From Alphaproteobacteria bacterium (GTDB lineage: Bacteria > Pseudomonadota > Alphaproteobacteria > RF32 > CAG-239): a DNA stretch of 64,000 bases. The stretch's first letter is position 1, and each line of letters starts with the position of its first letter. A program made the translations under genes and the position numbers. The notes under the pieces were generated by a model that saw only the letters and a list, made by a program, of their open reading frames with translations, did not search any database and was not told where the DNA came from. Below, one piece after another: positions 1-10,004 of this stretch. Location: contig JAZUAM010000011.1 of NCBI GenBank assembly GCA_045637985.1, positions 2,764-66,763 on the forward strand. Reading direction: 5' to 3'.

Positions 1-120
1 TGAAGACGGATCTGTTAATATTCCGGCAAAATTACAACCTTATATGGGTGGTAAAAAGGTTATCGGTAAAAGCAAATAGCTTTTGTTTTTTTAGCAAAAA
101 ATTAAGTCCCATTTATTATA

Positions 121-1716
121 ATGGGACTTAGTTTTTATGGAACAACGCAAAAAGGAATCGGCAAAATGGAATTTGATCGCAAAAAACTTCCATCGTTATT
201 TATGATTGTTTCGATTGTGGCAATTATAATAGGATTTAATGTTTCTTATTATATTGCCCATATATCATCTAATAATGAGGATATTGTTGATTACAGCTTG
301 AGTGATGAAGATATTAATCCTATCAGAGAAACGGCTGTTGCCGGTATGTTTTATCCGGCCGATTTGTATCAACTGGATAGTAATATTGACGGATATTTGG
401 AACATGTTGTTCCTGATACAAACGGCAAACCTTTGATTATGATTGTTCCGCATGCAGGATATAAATATTCGGCTCAGGTTGCGGCTCATGCTTATAAAAG
501 ATTGCAACCATTTAAACATAAAATAAAAAAAGTGTTTTTGTTGGGACCTTCGCATCAAATATTTGTTGACGGGGTGGCTTTGTCGCCGGCAAAAAAATTT
601 AGGACACCTTTGGGGTTTGTAAAAACAGATGTAAATATTACCGAAGAACTTCAAAATAAAAATCTTTTTAAAATTAGTGCAAAAGCTCATAAAAATGAAC
701 ACGCTTTAGAAGTTCAGCTTCCGTTTTTGCAAAAAACACTGGATGATTTTATGATTATTCCAATGCTGTATGGTAATGCAAAACCGGAAGATATCGCACG
801 TGTGTTAAAACCTCATTTGGAAAGAGATGACAGTATATTGATTGTTTCGGCTGATTTATCTCATTATCTTGATTATGATACGGCACAAAAAGAGGATGCT
901 AAAACAGCTGAACAAATTGAAACAGGGATACAAATTAATCATCATCAATCTTGTGGAGCAACAGCAATTAATACGGCTATGATTTTGGCTCGTGAAATGG
1001 GTTTGATTCCTCATTTGTTGGATATGGTTAATTCCGGCGATGTTAGCGACAATAAGGAAAGTGTTGTCGGATACGGAGCTTGGATTTATCAGGAAACTTC
1101 TGATGATGTTGAGTTAAAAGGAATTGAACTGGAACATAAAAATTTGCAAAATTTTGCGAGACACAATAAAAACGCTTTGTTTGAAATTGTAAAGAAATCT
1201 TTGGAAAAGGCGGTTAGTGAAAATGCACACTTTGAACCCGAAAGAAAAGATTTTAATAATGTGTTGTTTAACAAAGGTGCATCTTTTGTAACTTTGAAAA
1301 AAAATAAGATGTTACGCGGATGTATCGGATCTGTTGTACACAATAAAGCTATTGCCGTTGATTTGGCTGATAACACTTATGCGGCAGCTTTGAATGACAG
1401 CAGATTTAAGCCTGTTTTACCAAATGAGCTTGATGATATTGATATAACAATTTCTTTGCTTACAAATTTTGAAGAAATTGACTTTAATTCATATGATGAT
1501 TTGTTATCTGAAATAAGGCCTGATATTGACGGATTGTTGATTCGTGACGGAGAAAGAGAAGGATTGTTTTTGCCGGCGGTTTGGCAAGATCTTCCGGATA
1601 AAAATGAATTTTTAACTCAATTAAAAATAAAAGCCGGTTTAAGTCCGTCGCATTGGTCGGATAATATTAAGGTTTTTCGTTTTAGAACAGTGGAGATAAA
1701 AAATGACAATAATTAG
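121..1716 (+). CDS. Fusion of AmmeMemoRadiSam system protein B (Memo-like) and an AMMECR1 domain (system protein A), with an N-terminal transmembrane anchor
   Basis: 531-aa ORF. The N-terminal half carries Memo-family motifs (IMIVPHAGYKYS, LLGPSHQ). The C-terminal half carries an AMMECR1-like GASFVTLKK..LRGCIGS motif. A hydrophobic helix sits after the probable start (MEFDRKK at 166). The ORF overlaps the next ORF by 14 nt, consistent with an operon. Confidence 0.6.
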   Translation: MGLSFYGTTQKGIGKMEFDRKKLPSLFMIVSIVAIIIGFNVSYYIAHISSNNEDIVDYSLSDEDINPIRETAVAGMFYPADLYQLDSNIDGYLEHVVPDTNGKPLIMIVPHAGYKYSAQVAAHAYKRLQPFKHKIKKVFLLGPSHQIFVDGVALSPAKKFRTPLGFVKTDVNITEELQNKNLFKISAKAHKNEHALEVQLPFLQKTLDDFMIIPMLYGNAKPEDIARVLKPHLERDDSILIVSADLSHYLDYDTAQKEDAKTAEQIETGIQINHHQSCGATAINTAMILAREMGLIPHLLDMVNSGDVSDNKESVVGYGAWIYQETSDDVELKGIELEHKNLQNFARHNKNALFEIVKKSLEKAVSENAHFEPERKDFNNVLFNKGASFVTLKKNKMLRGCIGSVVHNKAIAVDLADNTYAAALNDSRFKPVLPNELDDIDITISLLTNFEEIDFNSYDDLLSEIRPDIDGLLIRDGEREGLFLPAVWQDLPDKNEFLTQLKIKAGLSPSHWSDNIKVFRFRTVEIKNDNN

Positions 1717-3418
1717 CGGTTTTGAGATAAATTTGGATGAAGATAAGCTTGATAAAATGATTAACGAGCAAATGATGCCTGTTAATATGGTTGATGCTGA
1801 TTTCGAAGGATATAAGAATTTGAGCGAGGGAGATAAAAAAGCCCTTAATCATTTAATTAAAGCTGCCAAAATCTTAAATGATGTTGCATTGGAACAAGAC
1901 CACCCTTTAAACAGAAAATTAAAAAAAGCTCTTGAAGAAAATGCCGCAGTTAATCAACATGCCATGAAGGCATTGAAAATTTTTAATTCGCTTAACGGTG
2001 TTTGCGGATTAAACGGATTGGATGCGGAACCGATTGAAATTTTTAAAAATGTTCACGGATATAAGGGACGCAATTATTATCCGGCTGATTTGTCCGTTGA
2101 TGAATTTCATAATATATTGTTCAAAATGTTGAGAGCAGAAAAATACAGCGAAGTGGCAAAAATAGTTTCGAACAGAACAATGGTTCGAAGAAACGGTGAA
2201 GAATTAAAAGCAATTGATTATACGGAATATTTTGCAAAAGAATTTTCTGAAGTTGCTAATGAACTGGAAGTTGCTGCATTTTATTCAACAGATAAAAATT
2301 TTAATGAATTTTTGTCATGGCAAGCGCAAGCTTTAATCCAGAATAATGAAGAAATGGATATGTTGGCTGATAAACACTGGGCTGATTTACAAAATACTCC
2401 GCTTGAATTTACGGTATCACGTGAAAATTATGATGATGAAATGACACCGACTATCTTTGAAAATGATGAATTAAAAACGTTGTTGGAAGAAAAAAATATA
2501 GCGGTAAATCCAAAAGATATGATTGGTGCCAGAGTTGGGATCATAAACCATAAAGGTACAGAGCTTATTTTGACTTTTAAAAAGTTGATGGCAAATTTGG
2601 CAAAATTGATGCCTTATAATGATAAATATGAACAAAAAGTAAATTCCGGTGATGAAGTAAAGCAGACGATGGTTGATGTTGATCTGGTTACATTACAGGG
2701 TGATTATGCTCAGTGTCGCGGCGGTATCACAACAGCTCAAAATTTACCTAATGATGATAAATTGGCCGTTAAAACAGGTGGCGGTCGCAGAAATGTATAT
2801 CACAGACAAGTAAGGATGTCCGGTGATAAAGAGCGAACAAAACGCCTGTTGGATAGTCTTTTGAAAAAAGAGTTTCATCAATATTATGATGAAGAAGCTG
2901 AACATATTTTTGTTATAGGGCATGAAAATGGCCATTCTTTGGGACCTGATAGCAGTTATAAAAATGCGCTGGGGATTTATCATCATATAATTGAGGAAAA
3001 TAAAGCTGATGTGGTATCAATAGCAATGATGCCGGAGTATGTGAAGGCCGGTGTTATTGATGATATTATGCTGAAGAAAATTTATGTAACTTGGATTATG
3101 AGAATGTTGCTTAAAGCAAAACCTCAACAAATACAACCTCACAGAGTTGGAGATTTAATTCATTTTAATTGGTTGATACGATATGGCGTTATAATAATAA
3201 CACCGGAAAATAAGATAACTTTGGATCTGACAAAAATGGAAAGTGCAATGAGTAAAATATTGGATAAAACTATTGAAATCCAATTATCAAAATCTGCTGC
3301 AAAAGCGAAAGAATTTATTGACACTAACTCTGAGTGGAGTACTTTGCACGACTATATAGCTCAAACGTTAATTAAGCTTGGTATTAAGCCATACAAAGAT
3401 ATAAGGACTTATTTATAA
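1703..3418 (+). CDS. Hypothetical protein with a zinc-hydrolase-like HExxH...E signature, possible metallopeptidase
   Basis: 571-aa ORF. It contains GHENGHSLGP followed about 20 residues later by EENKAD, a gluzincin-like HExxH plus downstream Glu arrangement. The family assignment is uncertain. Translationally coupled to sdaA: its stop overlaps the sdaA start. Confidence 0.4.
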   Translation: MTIISGFEINLDEDKLDKMINEQMMPVNMVDADFEGYKNLSEGDKKALNHLIKAAKILNDVALEQDHPLNRKLKKALEENAAVNQHAMKALKIFNSLNGVCGLNGLDAEPIEIFKNVHGYKGRNYYPADLSVDEFHNILFKMLRAEKYSEVAKIVSNRTMVRRNGEELKAIDYTEYFAKEFSEVANELEVAAFYSTDKNFNEFLSWQAQALIQNNEEMDMLADKHWADLQNTPLEFTVSRENYDDEMTPTIFENDELKTLLEEKNIAVNPKDMIGARVGIINHKGTELILTFKKLMANLAKLMPYNDKYEQKVNSGDEVKQTMVDVDLVTLQGDYAQCRGGITTAQNLPNDDKLAVKTGGGRRNVYHRQVRMSGDKERTKRLLDSLLKKEFHQYYDEEAEHIFVIGHENGHSLGPDSSYKNALGIYHHIIEENKADVVSIAMMPEYVKAGVIDDIMLKKIYVTWIMRMLLKAKPQQIQPHRVGDLIHFNWLIRYGVIIITPENKITLDLTKMESAMSKILDKTIEIQLSKSAAKAKEFIDTNSEWSTLHDYIAQTLIKLGIKPYKDIRTYL

Positions 3419-4800
3419 TGCACTATGTGTTGGAAGAAATTTTTGCGATAGGTATCGGCCCTTCAAGTTCACATACCGTTGGCCCTATGAAAGCCGCAAA
3501 AAGATTTGTTGATAATCTTATTGCTGATGACTTACTTGAAAAAGTGCACAGCCTTAAGGTTGATTTGTATGGTTCGTTAGCATTAACCGGTATCGGACAC
3601 GGAACATTGAAAGCTATTGTTTACGGACTTATGGGATTTATTGCAGAAGATGTGGATACCGAAAAACCATATTATGATTCCGTAAAAAGGGACAATATAT
3701 TGCATCTTGCACAACAAAAACCCATACCTTTTTGTTTAGATACAGACATGATCTTAAACAAAGATGTTTTCTTAAAAGAACATTCTAATGGTATGAAATT
3801 TACTGTTTGGGATGAGAATAAGAGAGAATTACTTTCAGAAACATATTTTTCTATCGGTGGCGGAACAATTTTGCGACAAGATGAATTCGGCAACTCATTG
3901 GCTAAGACAGTATATAATGTTCCTTATCAGTTTGATACCTGTACCGAATTACAAGAAATTTGCAAAAAATATGATTTAACTTTTTCTGATGTTGTTTTGC
4001 AAAACGAAGTTTCCATAAAAAAAGAACAGGATGTGTTTGCCTATTTGCATAAAATTCATAAAATGATGAATGATGCTATAGAACGAGGAATGAGAAATCA
4101 CGGTGTTCTGCCGGGCGGGTTGGAAGTTAAAAGAAGAGCTCCGGATATCTATGACAGAGTACGTGAAAAATTTTTGAACAATCAACAAGACGGGTTGGAA
4201 GTTATTGATTGGATAAACCTTTGGGGATTCGCCGCGGCAGAAGAAAATGCGGCCGGAGGCAGAGTAGTTACCGCACCTACAATGGGATCTGCAGGAATTT
4301 TGCCGGCAGTAATAAGATATTTTGAACGTTTTGCTTCTCATACCTCGCCTCTTTCGGTCGAGGAAGGAATTATTAAATTTTTAACCACTGCGGCGGCAAT
4401 TTGTTCTCTTTATCGCTCAAATGCATCTATTTCGGGCGCTGAGGTCGGTTGTCAAGGAGAAATCGGTGTTGCTTGTTCAATGGCTGCGGCAGGATTAGCG
4501 GCGGCAATGGGCGGTACAAATGAGCAAATTGAACAAGCCGCAGAAATTGCAATGGAACATAATCTGGGGCTGACATGTGATCCGGTAAACGGTCTGGTGC
4601 AAATACCTTGTATTGAAAGAAATGCCATGGGGGCTGTAAAAGCTATAAATTCAGCAAGACTGGCTTTGCGAAGTGATGGAAAACATATTGTTTCATTAGA
4701 TAGTGTTATAAAAACAATGTATGACACCGGAAAAGATATGAGTAACAGATATAAAGAAACATCGCTTGGCGGTTTAGCCGTTAATATTGCTAACTGTTAG
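3418..4800 (+). CDS. sdaA: L-serine dehydratase, single-chain iron-sulfur type
   Basis: 460 aa. The N-terminal [17 protein letters not shown] is the hallmark of Fe-S L-serine dehydratases. The C-terminal alpha-domain carries conserved Cys residues. Confidence 0.9.
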   Translation: MHYVLEEIFAIGIGPSSSHTVGPMKAAKRFVDNLIADDLLEKVHSLKVDLYGSLALTGIGHGTLKAIVYGLMGFIAEDVDTEKPYYDSVKRDNILHLAQQKPIPFCLDTDMILNKDVFLKEHSNGMKFTVWDENKRELLSETYFSIGGGTILRQDEFGNSLAKTVYNVPYQFDTCTELQEICKKYDLTFSDVVLQNEVSIKKEQDVFAYLHKIHKMMNDAIERGMRNHGVLPGGLEVKRRAPDIYDRVREKFLNNQQDGLEVIDWINLWGFAAAEENAAGGRVVTAPTMGSAGILPAVIRYFERFASHTSPLSVEEGIIKFLTTAAAICSLYRSNASISGAEVGCQGEIGVACSMAAAGLAAAMGGTNEQIEQAAEIAMEHNLGLTCDPVNGLVQIPCIERNAMGAVKAINSARLALRSDGKHIVSLDSVIKTMYDTGKDMSNRYKETSLGGLAVNIANC

Positions 4801-4882
4801 GAAACAAGATTATTTGCTTGCAGAAAAATGCCTTCGATATTAAAAATGATGTTGAAGGTGTTTTTGTGATAGTGAGGAAAAA

Positions 4883-5257
4883 ATGCTGGCAAAACTTTTT
4901 AAGGGTGAGTTGTCGTTAGGCGCAACTTTTTGGAAATTTGGTGTTTTGGGTTTAATTATTTTACATTATGCCTTAAAGATGTTTGCGTCTTTTTTGGCGG
5001 CACACCTGAAAGGACGTACCATATATGACTTTTTTATGCACCATTTTCATTTTGTGTATACCTCAAAATTAAGCTTATGGTGGGCACTTTGTTATATGGC
5101 TACTTTTTTGGTTTTGGTCGGATATTCATATAAGATTATTATCGCAGTTTGGCGTAGTGCGGCTGCTTATGATAAAAGTATTTGGTTAGCACAACTTGCG
5201 AGAATCGGCATTGTTTTAACTGTGTTTGCAATATGGTATCCTTTGTTGGTAAAATAG
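4883..5257 (+). CDS. Small hypothetical integral membrane protein
   Basis: 124-aa ORF with 3 to 4 hydrophobic helices. No recognisable family. Confidence 0.45.
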   Translation: MLAKLFKGELSLGATFWKFGVLGLIILHYALKMFASFLAAHLKGRTIYDFFMHHFHFVYTSKLSLWWALCYMATFLVLVGYSYKIIIAVWRSAAAYDKSIWLAQLARIGIVLTVFAIWYPLLVK

Positions 5258-5267
5258 GATTGGGTTA

Positions 5268-5420
5268 ATGAAATATTTGCTTGTTTTATTTTTTATTCTG
5301 TTTTTGTCAGGATGCATACAGGTTGGTGAATTTACTCCGGAAAGGCATGCTCAATATGAATTAGGTAAACCTGATTGTAATAAGACACCGGAAAAATGTA
5401 TTAATGGAATTCCTTGGTAA
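5268..5420 (+). CDS. Putative small lipoprotein (50 aa), not in the ORF track
   Basis: ATG at 5268, TAA at 5418. The signal peptide MKYLLVLFFILFLSGC ends in a lipobox Cys. Followed directly by a strong bidirectional terminator. Confidence 0.3.
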   Translation: MKYLLVLFFILFLSGCIQVGEFTPERHAQYELGKPDCNKTPEKCINGIPW

Positions 5421-5456
5421 AAAGATAAAAGCTCTGTAAAATTACAGAGCTTTTTG
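5421..5456. terminator. Bidirectional rho-independent terminator
   Basis: An A-run, then GCTCTGTAA/TTACAGAGC perfect 9-bp stem, then TTTTT. It sits between convergent genes. Confidence 0.6.
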
Positions 5457-5459
5457 TAT

Positions 5460-5885
5460 CTATTTTATTTTGACTAAACGACCTCTTTCGTTAAATCTGA
5501 GGCCTTTATCTTGAAGAGCAAGACGTCCGCTTTCATCAAAAGTATAATAATAAACGAGTTCTCGTTCGTTTATTTTGTTGGCATCAACAACACCTTCGGC
5601 AACTCCCCAGAGGATTGATATCGGCCATGTCAACAAATTGAGTGTTCCATAGAGGTATTGTTCACTTTGTCCAGCATTGCCTGAAGCTAAATAAAAATTA
5701 CCGACACCGGGTAACAAATTCAACAAACCTGCAGTAGCCGGTGATGCAGGCTTTTCCCAATTTCCTGCAGGCGTTTCAACAGAAATGCCATATCCTTTTA
5801 ATTCTCTGATTGTTGTTTTTTCTTGATATGTTAATGATGTACAAGCTGATAACAACATTGTACTGATAATTAAAATTTTTTTCAT
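5460..5885 (-). CDS. Hypothetical lipoprotein
   Basis: 141 aa. Signal peptide MKKILIISTMLLSAC with a lipobox. No known family. Confidence 0.55.
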   Translation of the reverse strand: MKKILIISTMLLSACTSLTYQEKTTIRELKGYGISVETPAGNWEKPASPATAGLLNLLPGVGNFYLASGNAGQSEQYLYGTLNLLTWPISILWGVAEGVVDANKINERELVYYYTFDESGRLALQDKGLRFNERGRLVKIK

Positions 5886-6161
5886 AGTCCAACTTTCCTT
5901 TTATAAATATTTACAAAAAAAGCCACCTTGATGAAAGGTGACTGGAAGTTGGTAACTATTTCACATAATATAGTGCAGCATATTGACTGCAAATACAGCT
6001 ATTTTGCTGCCTTCCAGTCAATTTATTTAAATAACTGTCAGGCATGCAAAATTTAACGTCCTTACATACAACGGACGTATGTGAAATGAGGTTACCACAC
6101 CCCAGACAAGTCATCATCTTGCCTGTCTTTTATACTAAATATCAGCAAGCAATAAGTCAAA

Positions 6162-6197
6162 CAAAAAAACCTCTTTGTTTTCACAAAGAGGTTTTTA
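6162..6197. terminator. Rho-independent terminator downstream of fba
   Basis: ACCTCTTTGT/ACAAAGAGGT 10-bp stem with a 4-nt loop. Flanked by an A-run and a T-run. Confidence 0.65.
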
Positions 6198-6214
6198 ATC
6201 AGTTGACTACAAAA

Positions 6215-7264
6215 TTAAAGCTCACCTGAAGCGTAGCGTTTTGCCATTTCAGACATAGGGATAACTTTAATTTTATCAGCATGACCGGCTGCACCGAATG
6301 CAATAAAGCGAGCTTCGCAAACTTTTTGCATTTCTTCGATAGCCGGTTTTAAATATTTGCGCGGATCAAATTCTTTCGGATTTTCAGCAAAAACCTTACG
6401 AATCGCGCCGGTAATAGCCATACGGCAATCGGTATCGACGTTTACTTTACGAACACCTGATTTGATACCACGAACGATTTCTTCAACCGGAACACCATAA
6501 GTTTGAGGAATCGCTCCACCATAAGCATTTATCAAATCTTGCAATTCTTGAGGAACAGATGATGAACCATGCATAACCATATGAGTGTTAGGCAATTTGG
6601 CATGAATTTTTTCAATAACATCAATAGCCAAAATTTCACCATCAGGTTTACGAGTAAATTTGTATGCACCATGAGATGTACCAACAGCAACAGCTAAAGC
6701 ATCTAATTTTGTTTCGGCAACAAAACGAGCTGCTTCATCCGGATCGGTAACAAGACGTTTTTTATCAATAACACCCTCAGCACCATGACCATCTTCTTTG
6801 TCACCTTGTCCTGTTTCTAAAGAACCGATAACCCCCAGTTCGCCTTCAACAGAAGCACCAACAGCGTGAGCTCTGGCAACAACTTCTTTAGTAACTTTTA
6901 CATTGTATTCAAAAGATGATGGTGTTTTACCGTCTGCTTCTAAAGAACCATCCATCATTACAGATGAATAACCGTTTACGATAGCCGATTGACAAATATC
7001 AACCGAAGAACCATGATCTTGATGTAAACAAATAGGAAGTTCCGGAAACATCTCTATTCCTGCTTTTACCATATTGCGAATCATCGGATCACCGGCAAAT
7101 TTGCGAGCGCCGGTAGATGTTTGCAATATAACCGGAGCATTAACTTTTTTGGCTGCTTGTAAAACAGCAATAACTTGCTCCATATCGTTAAAGTTGAAAG
7201 CCGGAACACCATAATTGTTTTCGGCTGCGTGATCTAAAATCTGACGCATAGTAACTAAAGGCAT
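6215..7264 (-). CDS. fba: Fructose-bisphosphate aldolase, class II
   Basis: 349 aa. N-terminal MPLVTMRQILDHAAENNYGVPAFNFNN-type region. Conserved His/Glu metal ligands of class II FBA. Confidence 0.92.
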   Translation of the reverse strand: MPLVTMRQILDHAAENNYGVPAFNFNDMEQVIAVLQAAKKVNAPVILQTSTGARKFAGDPMIRNMVKAGIEMFPELPICLHQDHGSSVDICQSAIVNGYSSVMMDGSLEADGKTPSSFEYNVKVTKEVVARAHAVGASVEGELGVIGSLETGQGDKEDGHGAEGVIDKKRLVTDPDEAARFVAETKLDALAVAVGTSHGAYKFTRKPDGEILAIDVIEKIHAKLPNTHMVMHGSSSVPQELQDLINAYGGAIPQTYGVPVEEIVRGIKSGVRKVNVDTDCRMAITGAIRKVFAENPKEFDPRKYLKPAIEEMQKVCEARFIAFGAAGHADKIKVIPMSEMAKRYASGEL

Positions 7265-7323
7265 TGTTTTCTCCTTAAATAAAAAAATTCAATCACTTGC
7301 TTGAATATATTAAAATGTTTTGC

Positions 7324-9300
7324 TTAACGCAAGCTGTTTTTGACAGAATCAATCACTTCTTCTACCGTTATACCAAAATATTTGTATAACTCACTTCCCG
7401 GTGCAGAAGCGCCAAAACCATCCATTCCTATAATATCACCGGTTAATCCTACGTATTTTTCCCACCCAAATTTGGATGCTGCTTCTATAGCAATGCGTGG
7501 TTTATTCCCCAAAATTTGTTCTTGATAGGTAATCGGTTGTGCATCAAACAGTTCTGCGCAAGGCATTGAAACAACAACAACATCTATTCCCTCTGCTTTA
7601 AGCTTGTTGTAAGCTTCAACGGCCAAAGCAACTTCAGATCCTGTTGCAATCAATGTAGCTTGTCGTTTTTTATCATCTCCGGCAATAATATATGCACCTA
7701 AAGATGTTTTGTTTTCTTTGCTATCAGAACGCAAAATAGGTAAATTTTGGCGACTAAGAGCCAAAATACTCGGAGTATTTTTTTGTTCAATAGCTAACTC
7801 CCAAGCCTCCGCCGTTTCCACAATGTCACAAGGACGAAATGTCAGCATATTTGGCATTGCACGAAATGATGCCAGATGCTCAATCGGCTGATGTGTCGGT
7901 CCGTCTTCTCCGACACCTATAGAATCGTGTGTCATAACGTATATTGTATGTAGTTTCATTAATGAAGCCAGACGCATTGCAGGACGTAAGTAGTCTGAAA
8001 AAACAAAAAATGTTCCGCCAAACGGTATAATACCGCCATGTAATGCCAAACCGTTCATTATGGCACCCATTGCGTGTTCTCTTACACCATATTCTATGTT
8101 GTTGCCATTGTAGTCGTCTGCCAATATATTTTTGCTTGTTTTTGTTAACACCATGTTGGGGCCGGCTAAATCAGCCGTTCCGCCTATTAACTGAGGCAGA
8201 TGCGGCATTATAGTTTCTAAACACATCTGTGAAGCCTTACGTGATGCAACATTTGTTTGTTCTTTAATTGATTGCTCTTTCAGCTTATCAAGTTCTTTGT
8301 TCCAATCCTTTGGCAATTTACCGGAAATAATATCTAAAAATTCTTTTCCCTTCGCTTTGACTTTTTTATCCCATTCTTTAACTAAACCTGAATTTCTTTT
8401 TCCGGCAATTCGCCAATTATTCATAATAGGCTCAGGAACTTCAAAAGGAGCTGCATCCCATCCTAAGCGTTTACGGGTAAGAGCTAATTCTTCAGCGCCA
8501 AGAGGCGAGCCATGACATTTGGGTGTTCCGCATTTGTTGGGAGAGCCAAAACCTATAACAGTCTTACAAGCTATCAAAGTAGGCTTGTTGGATCTTTTAG
8601 CTTTTTTGATAGCTCTGTCAATTTGACAATAATTATGTCCATCTATTTTTATTGTATTCCAACCATTAGCCTTAAAACGTGCTATTTGGTTAGTTGATGA
8701 TGCCAAACTGACATTGCCGTCAATAGTGACATTGTTATCATCCCAAAAGGCTATTAACTTGTTTAATTTCCAATGACCGGCTAAGGCTATGGCTTCTTCG
8801 GAAATACCTTCCATTAAACAACCGTCACCCATAATCACATAAGTATAGTGATTGCATACATCTGCACCATATTTTGATGAAATTATTTTTTCAGCCAAAG
8901 CCATTCCGACTGCAGTTGCAATTCCCTGTCCTAACGGACCTGTAGTTGTATCAATTCCTTCAAGATGCCCGTATTCCGGATGTCCGGCTGTTTTGGCGCC
9001 AAGTTGGCGGAAATTTTTTAAATCTTCAATATTTATATCTTTGTATCCCAAAAGATAAAAAATTGAATACAACATACTTGATGCATGTCCGCCTGATAAA
9101 ACGAACCTGTCGCGATCAAACCAACGAGGATTTTGCGGATCTGTTTTTATGTATTTAGAAAAAAGCATTGTTGCAACATCTGCTATTCCAAGAGGCATTC
9201 CCGGATGACCCGATTTTGCTTTTTCAATCATTTCGGCTGACAAAAAACGTATGGCGTTAGCCATTTGTTTTTCTTTGGCATGACAAGAACATAAAAACAT
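7324..9300 (-). CDS. tkt: Transketolase
   Basis: 658 aa. ANAIRFLSAEMIEKAKSGHPGMPLG thiamine-diphosphate-binding N-terminus, with transketolase central and C-terminal domains. An AGGAGA Shine-Dalgarno sits 6 nt before the ATG at 9300. An alternative start is at 9264. Confidence 0.92.
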   Translation of the reverse strand: MFLCSCHAKEKQMANAIRFLSAEMIEKAKSGHPGMPLGIADVATMLFSKYIKTDPQNPRWFDRDRFVLSGGHASSMLYSIFYLLGYKDINIEDLKNFRQLGAKTAGHPEYGHLEGIDTTTGPLGQGIATAVGMALAEKIISSKYGADVCNHYTYVIMGDGCLMEGISEEAIALAGHWKLNKLIAFWDDNNVTIDGNVSLASSTNQIARFKANGWNTIKIDGHNYCQIDRAIKKAKRSNKPTLIACKTVIGFGSPNKCGTPKCHGSPLGAEELALTRKRLGWDAAPFEVPEPIMNNWRIAGKRNSGLVKEWDKKVKAKGKEFLDIISGKLPKDWNKELDKLKEQSIKEQTNVASRKASQMCLETIMPHLPQLIGGTADLAGPNMVLTKTSKNILADDYNGNNIEYGVREHAMGAIMNGLALHGGIIPFGGTFFVFSDYLRPAMRLASLMKLHTIYVMTHDSIGVGEDGPTHQPIEHLASFRAMPNMLTFRPCDIVETAEAWELAIEQKNTPSILALSRQNLPILRSDSKENKTSLGAYIIAGDDKKRQATLIATGSEVALAVEAYNKLKAEGIDVVVVSMPCAELFDAQPITYQEQILGNKPRIAIEAASKFGWEKYVGLTGDIIGMDGFGASAPGSELYKYFGITVEEVIDSVKNSLR

Positions 9301-9312
9301 TATTTTCTCCTG

Positions 9313-9969
9313 CTAATTTTTACAATTATTTGATGGACGATTTTTTTTGACTACTATCGGTTTTTTCTCGGAATCAGAGTATATAATTTCCTCATCTGAA
9401 TTTACCTCAAGATAAACATTATCTGTTGCGGGATTATTTTGTGCCGCAATTTCTTCATCTGACAAATAGCGATAATCGATGTCAAACATTTTGCGTGCTT
9501 TGGCTCCTGTATATTCGGTTTGTTTTATACCGAGATATATAGTAAAATCATTATATGGCGGCATCGTTATACGTGTTGTTGTTTGTCGACCTTTAACCAC
9601 TTCTTCTTTTGATGAAGTAGGAATCTTTAATGTCTGATGAAAACTACGTGTACCCAAATAATCTTCAGCATTTTGAGATGTTTTTACAAAAAATTCTATA
9701 TCAATTGTCGATATATTGCTTTTTTCTAATCGGCGAATCTTAAATAAAGGGGTAATAACGGCATAACGACGATTTGTAGCAGGTTCCGTATAACAATAAC
9801 TTTCAGATCCGACAAGATTAATCTGAAATTCGTCATATTTCCCGTTTGATTGATAAATTCGTGTAGTTTCGCGAGGTATTAATATTTCGGGACAATCATA
9901 TTCCGAATTATTTCCGGAAGAACAGGATGCAACTAAAAAAAGCATACAAAAAGCCAAAAAATATTTCAT
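9313..9969 (-). CDS. Hypothetical lipoprotein
   Basis: 218 aa. MKYFLAFCMLFLVASCSS lipoprotein signal. No family recognised. Confidence 0.55.
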   Translation of the reverse strand: MKYFLAFCMLFLVASCSSGNNSEYDCPEILIPRETTRIYQSNGKYDEFQINLVGSESYCYTEPATNRRYAVITPLFKIRRLEKSNISTIDIEFFVKTSQNAEDYLGTRSFHQTLKIPTSSKEEVVKGRQTTTRITMPPYNDFTIYLGIKQTEYTGAKARKMFDIDYRYLSDEEIAAQNNPATDNVYLEVNSDEEIIYSDSEKKPIVVKKNRPSNNCKN

Positions 9970-10004
9970 AAAAGGAACCTCTCTCTATTTGGCTGTAATA
10001 TAAA

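Noticed and set aside
265-702. Antisense ORFs inside well-supported genes (for example 265..702, 8297..8697, 23835..24545, 37370..37974)
   Set aside because: They are embedded opposite conserved housekeeping genes, have biased low-complexity composition, and have no start signals.
5938-6025. SRP (4.5S) RNA in the fba-lipoprotein intergenic region
   Set aside because: Only a partial GGAAGGCAGCA resemblance. The conserved AGCAGCC/GNRA domain IV context is absent.
6044-6229. 61-aa ORF within the structured intergenic region
   Set aside because: It has no Shine-Dalgarno and overlaps the hairpins and the fba terminator. It is implausible as a gene.
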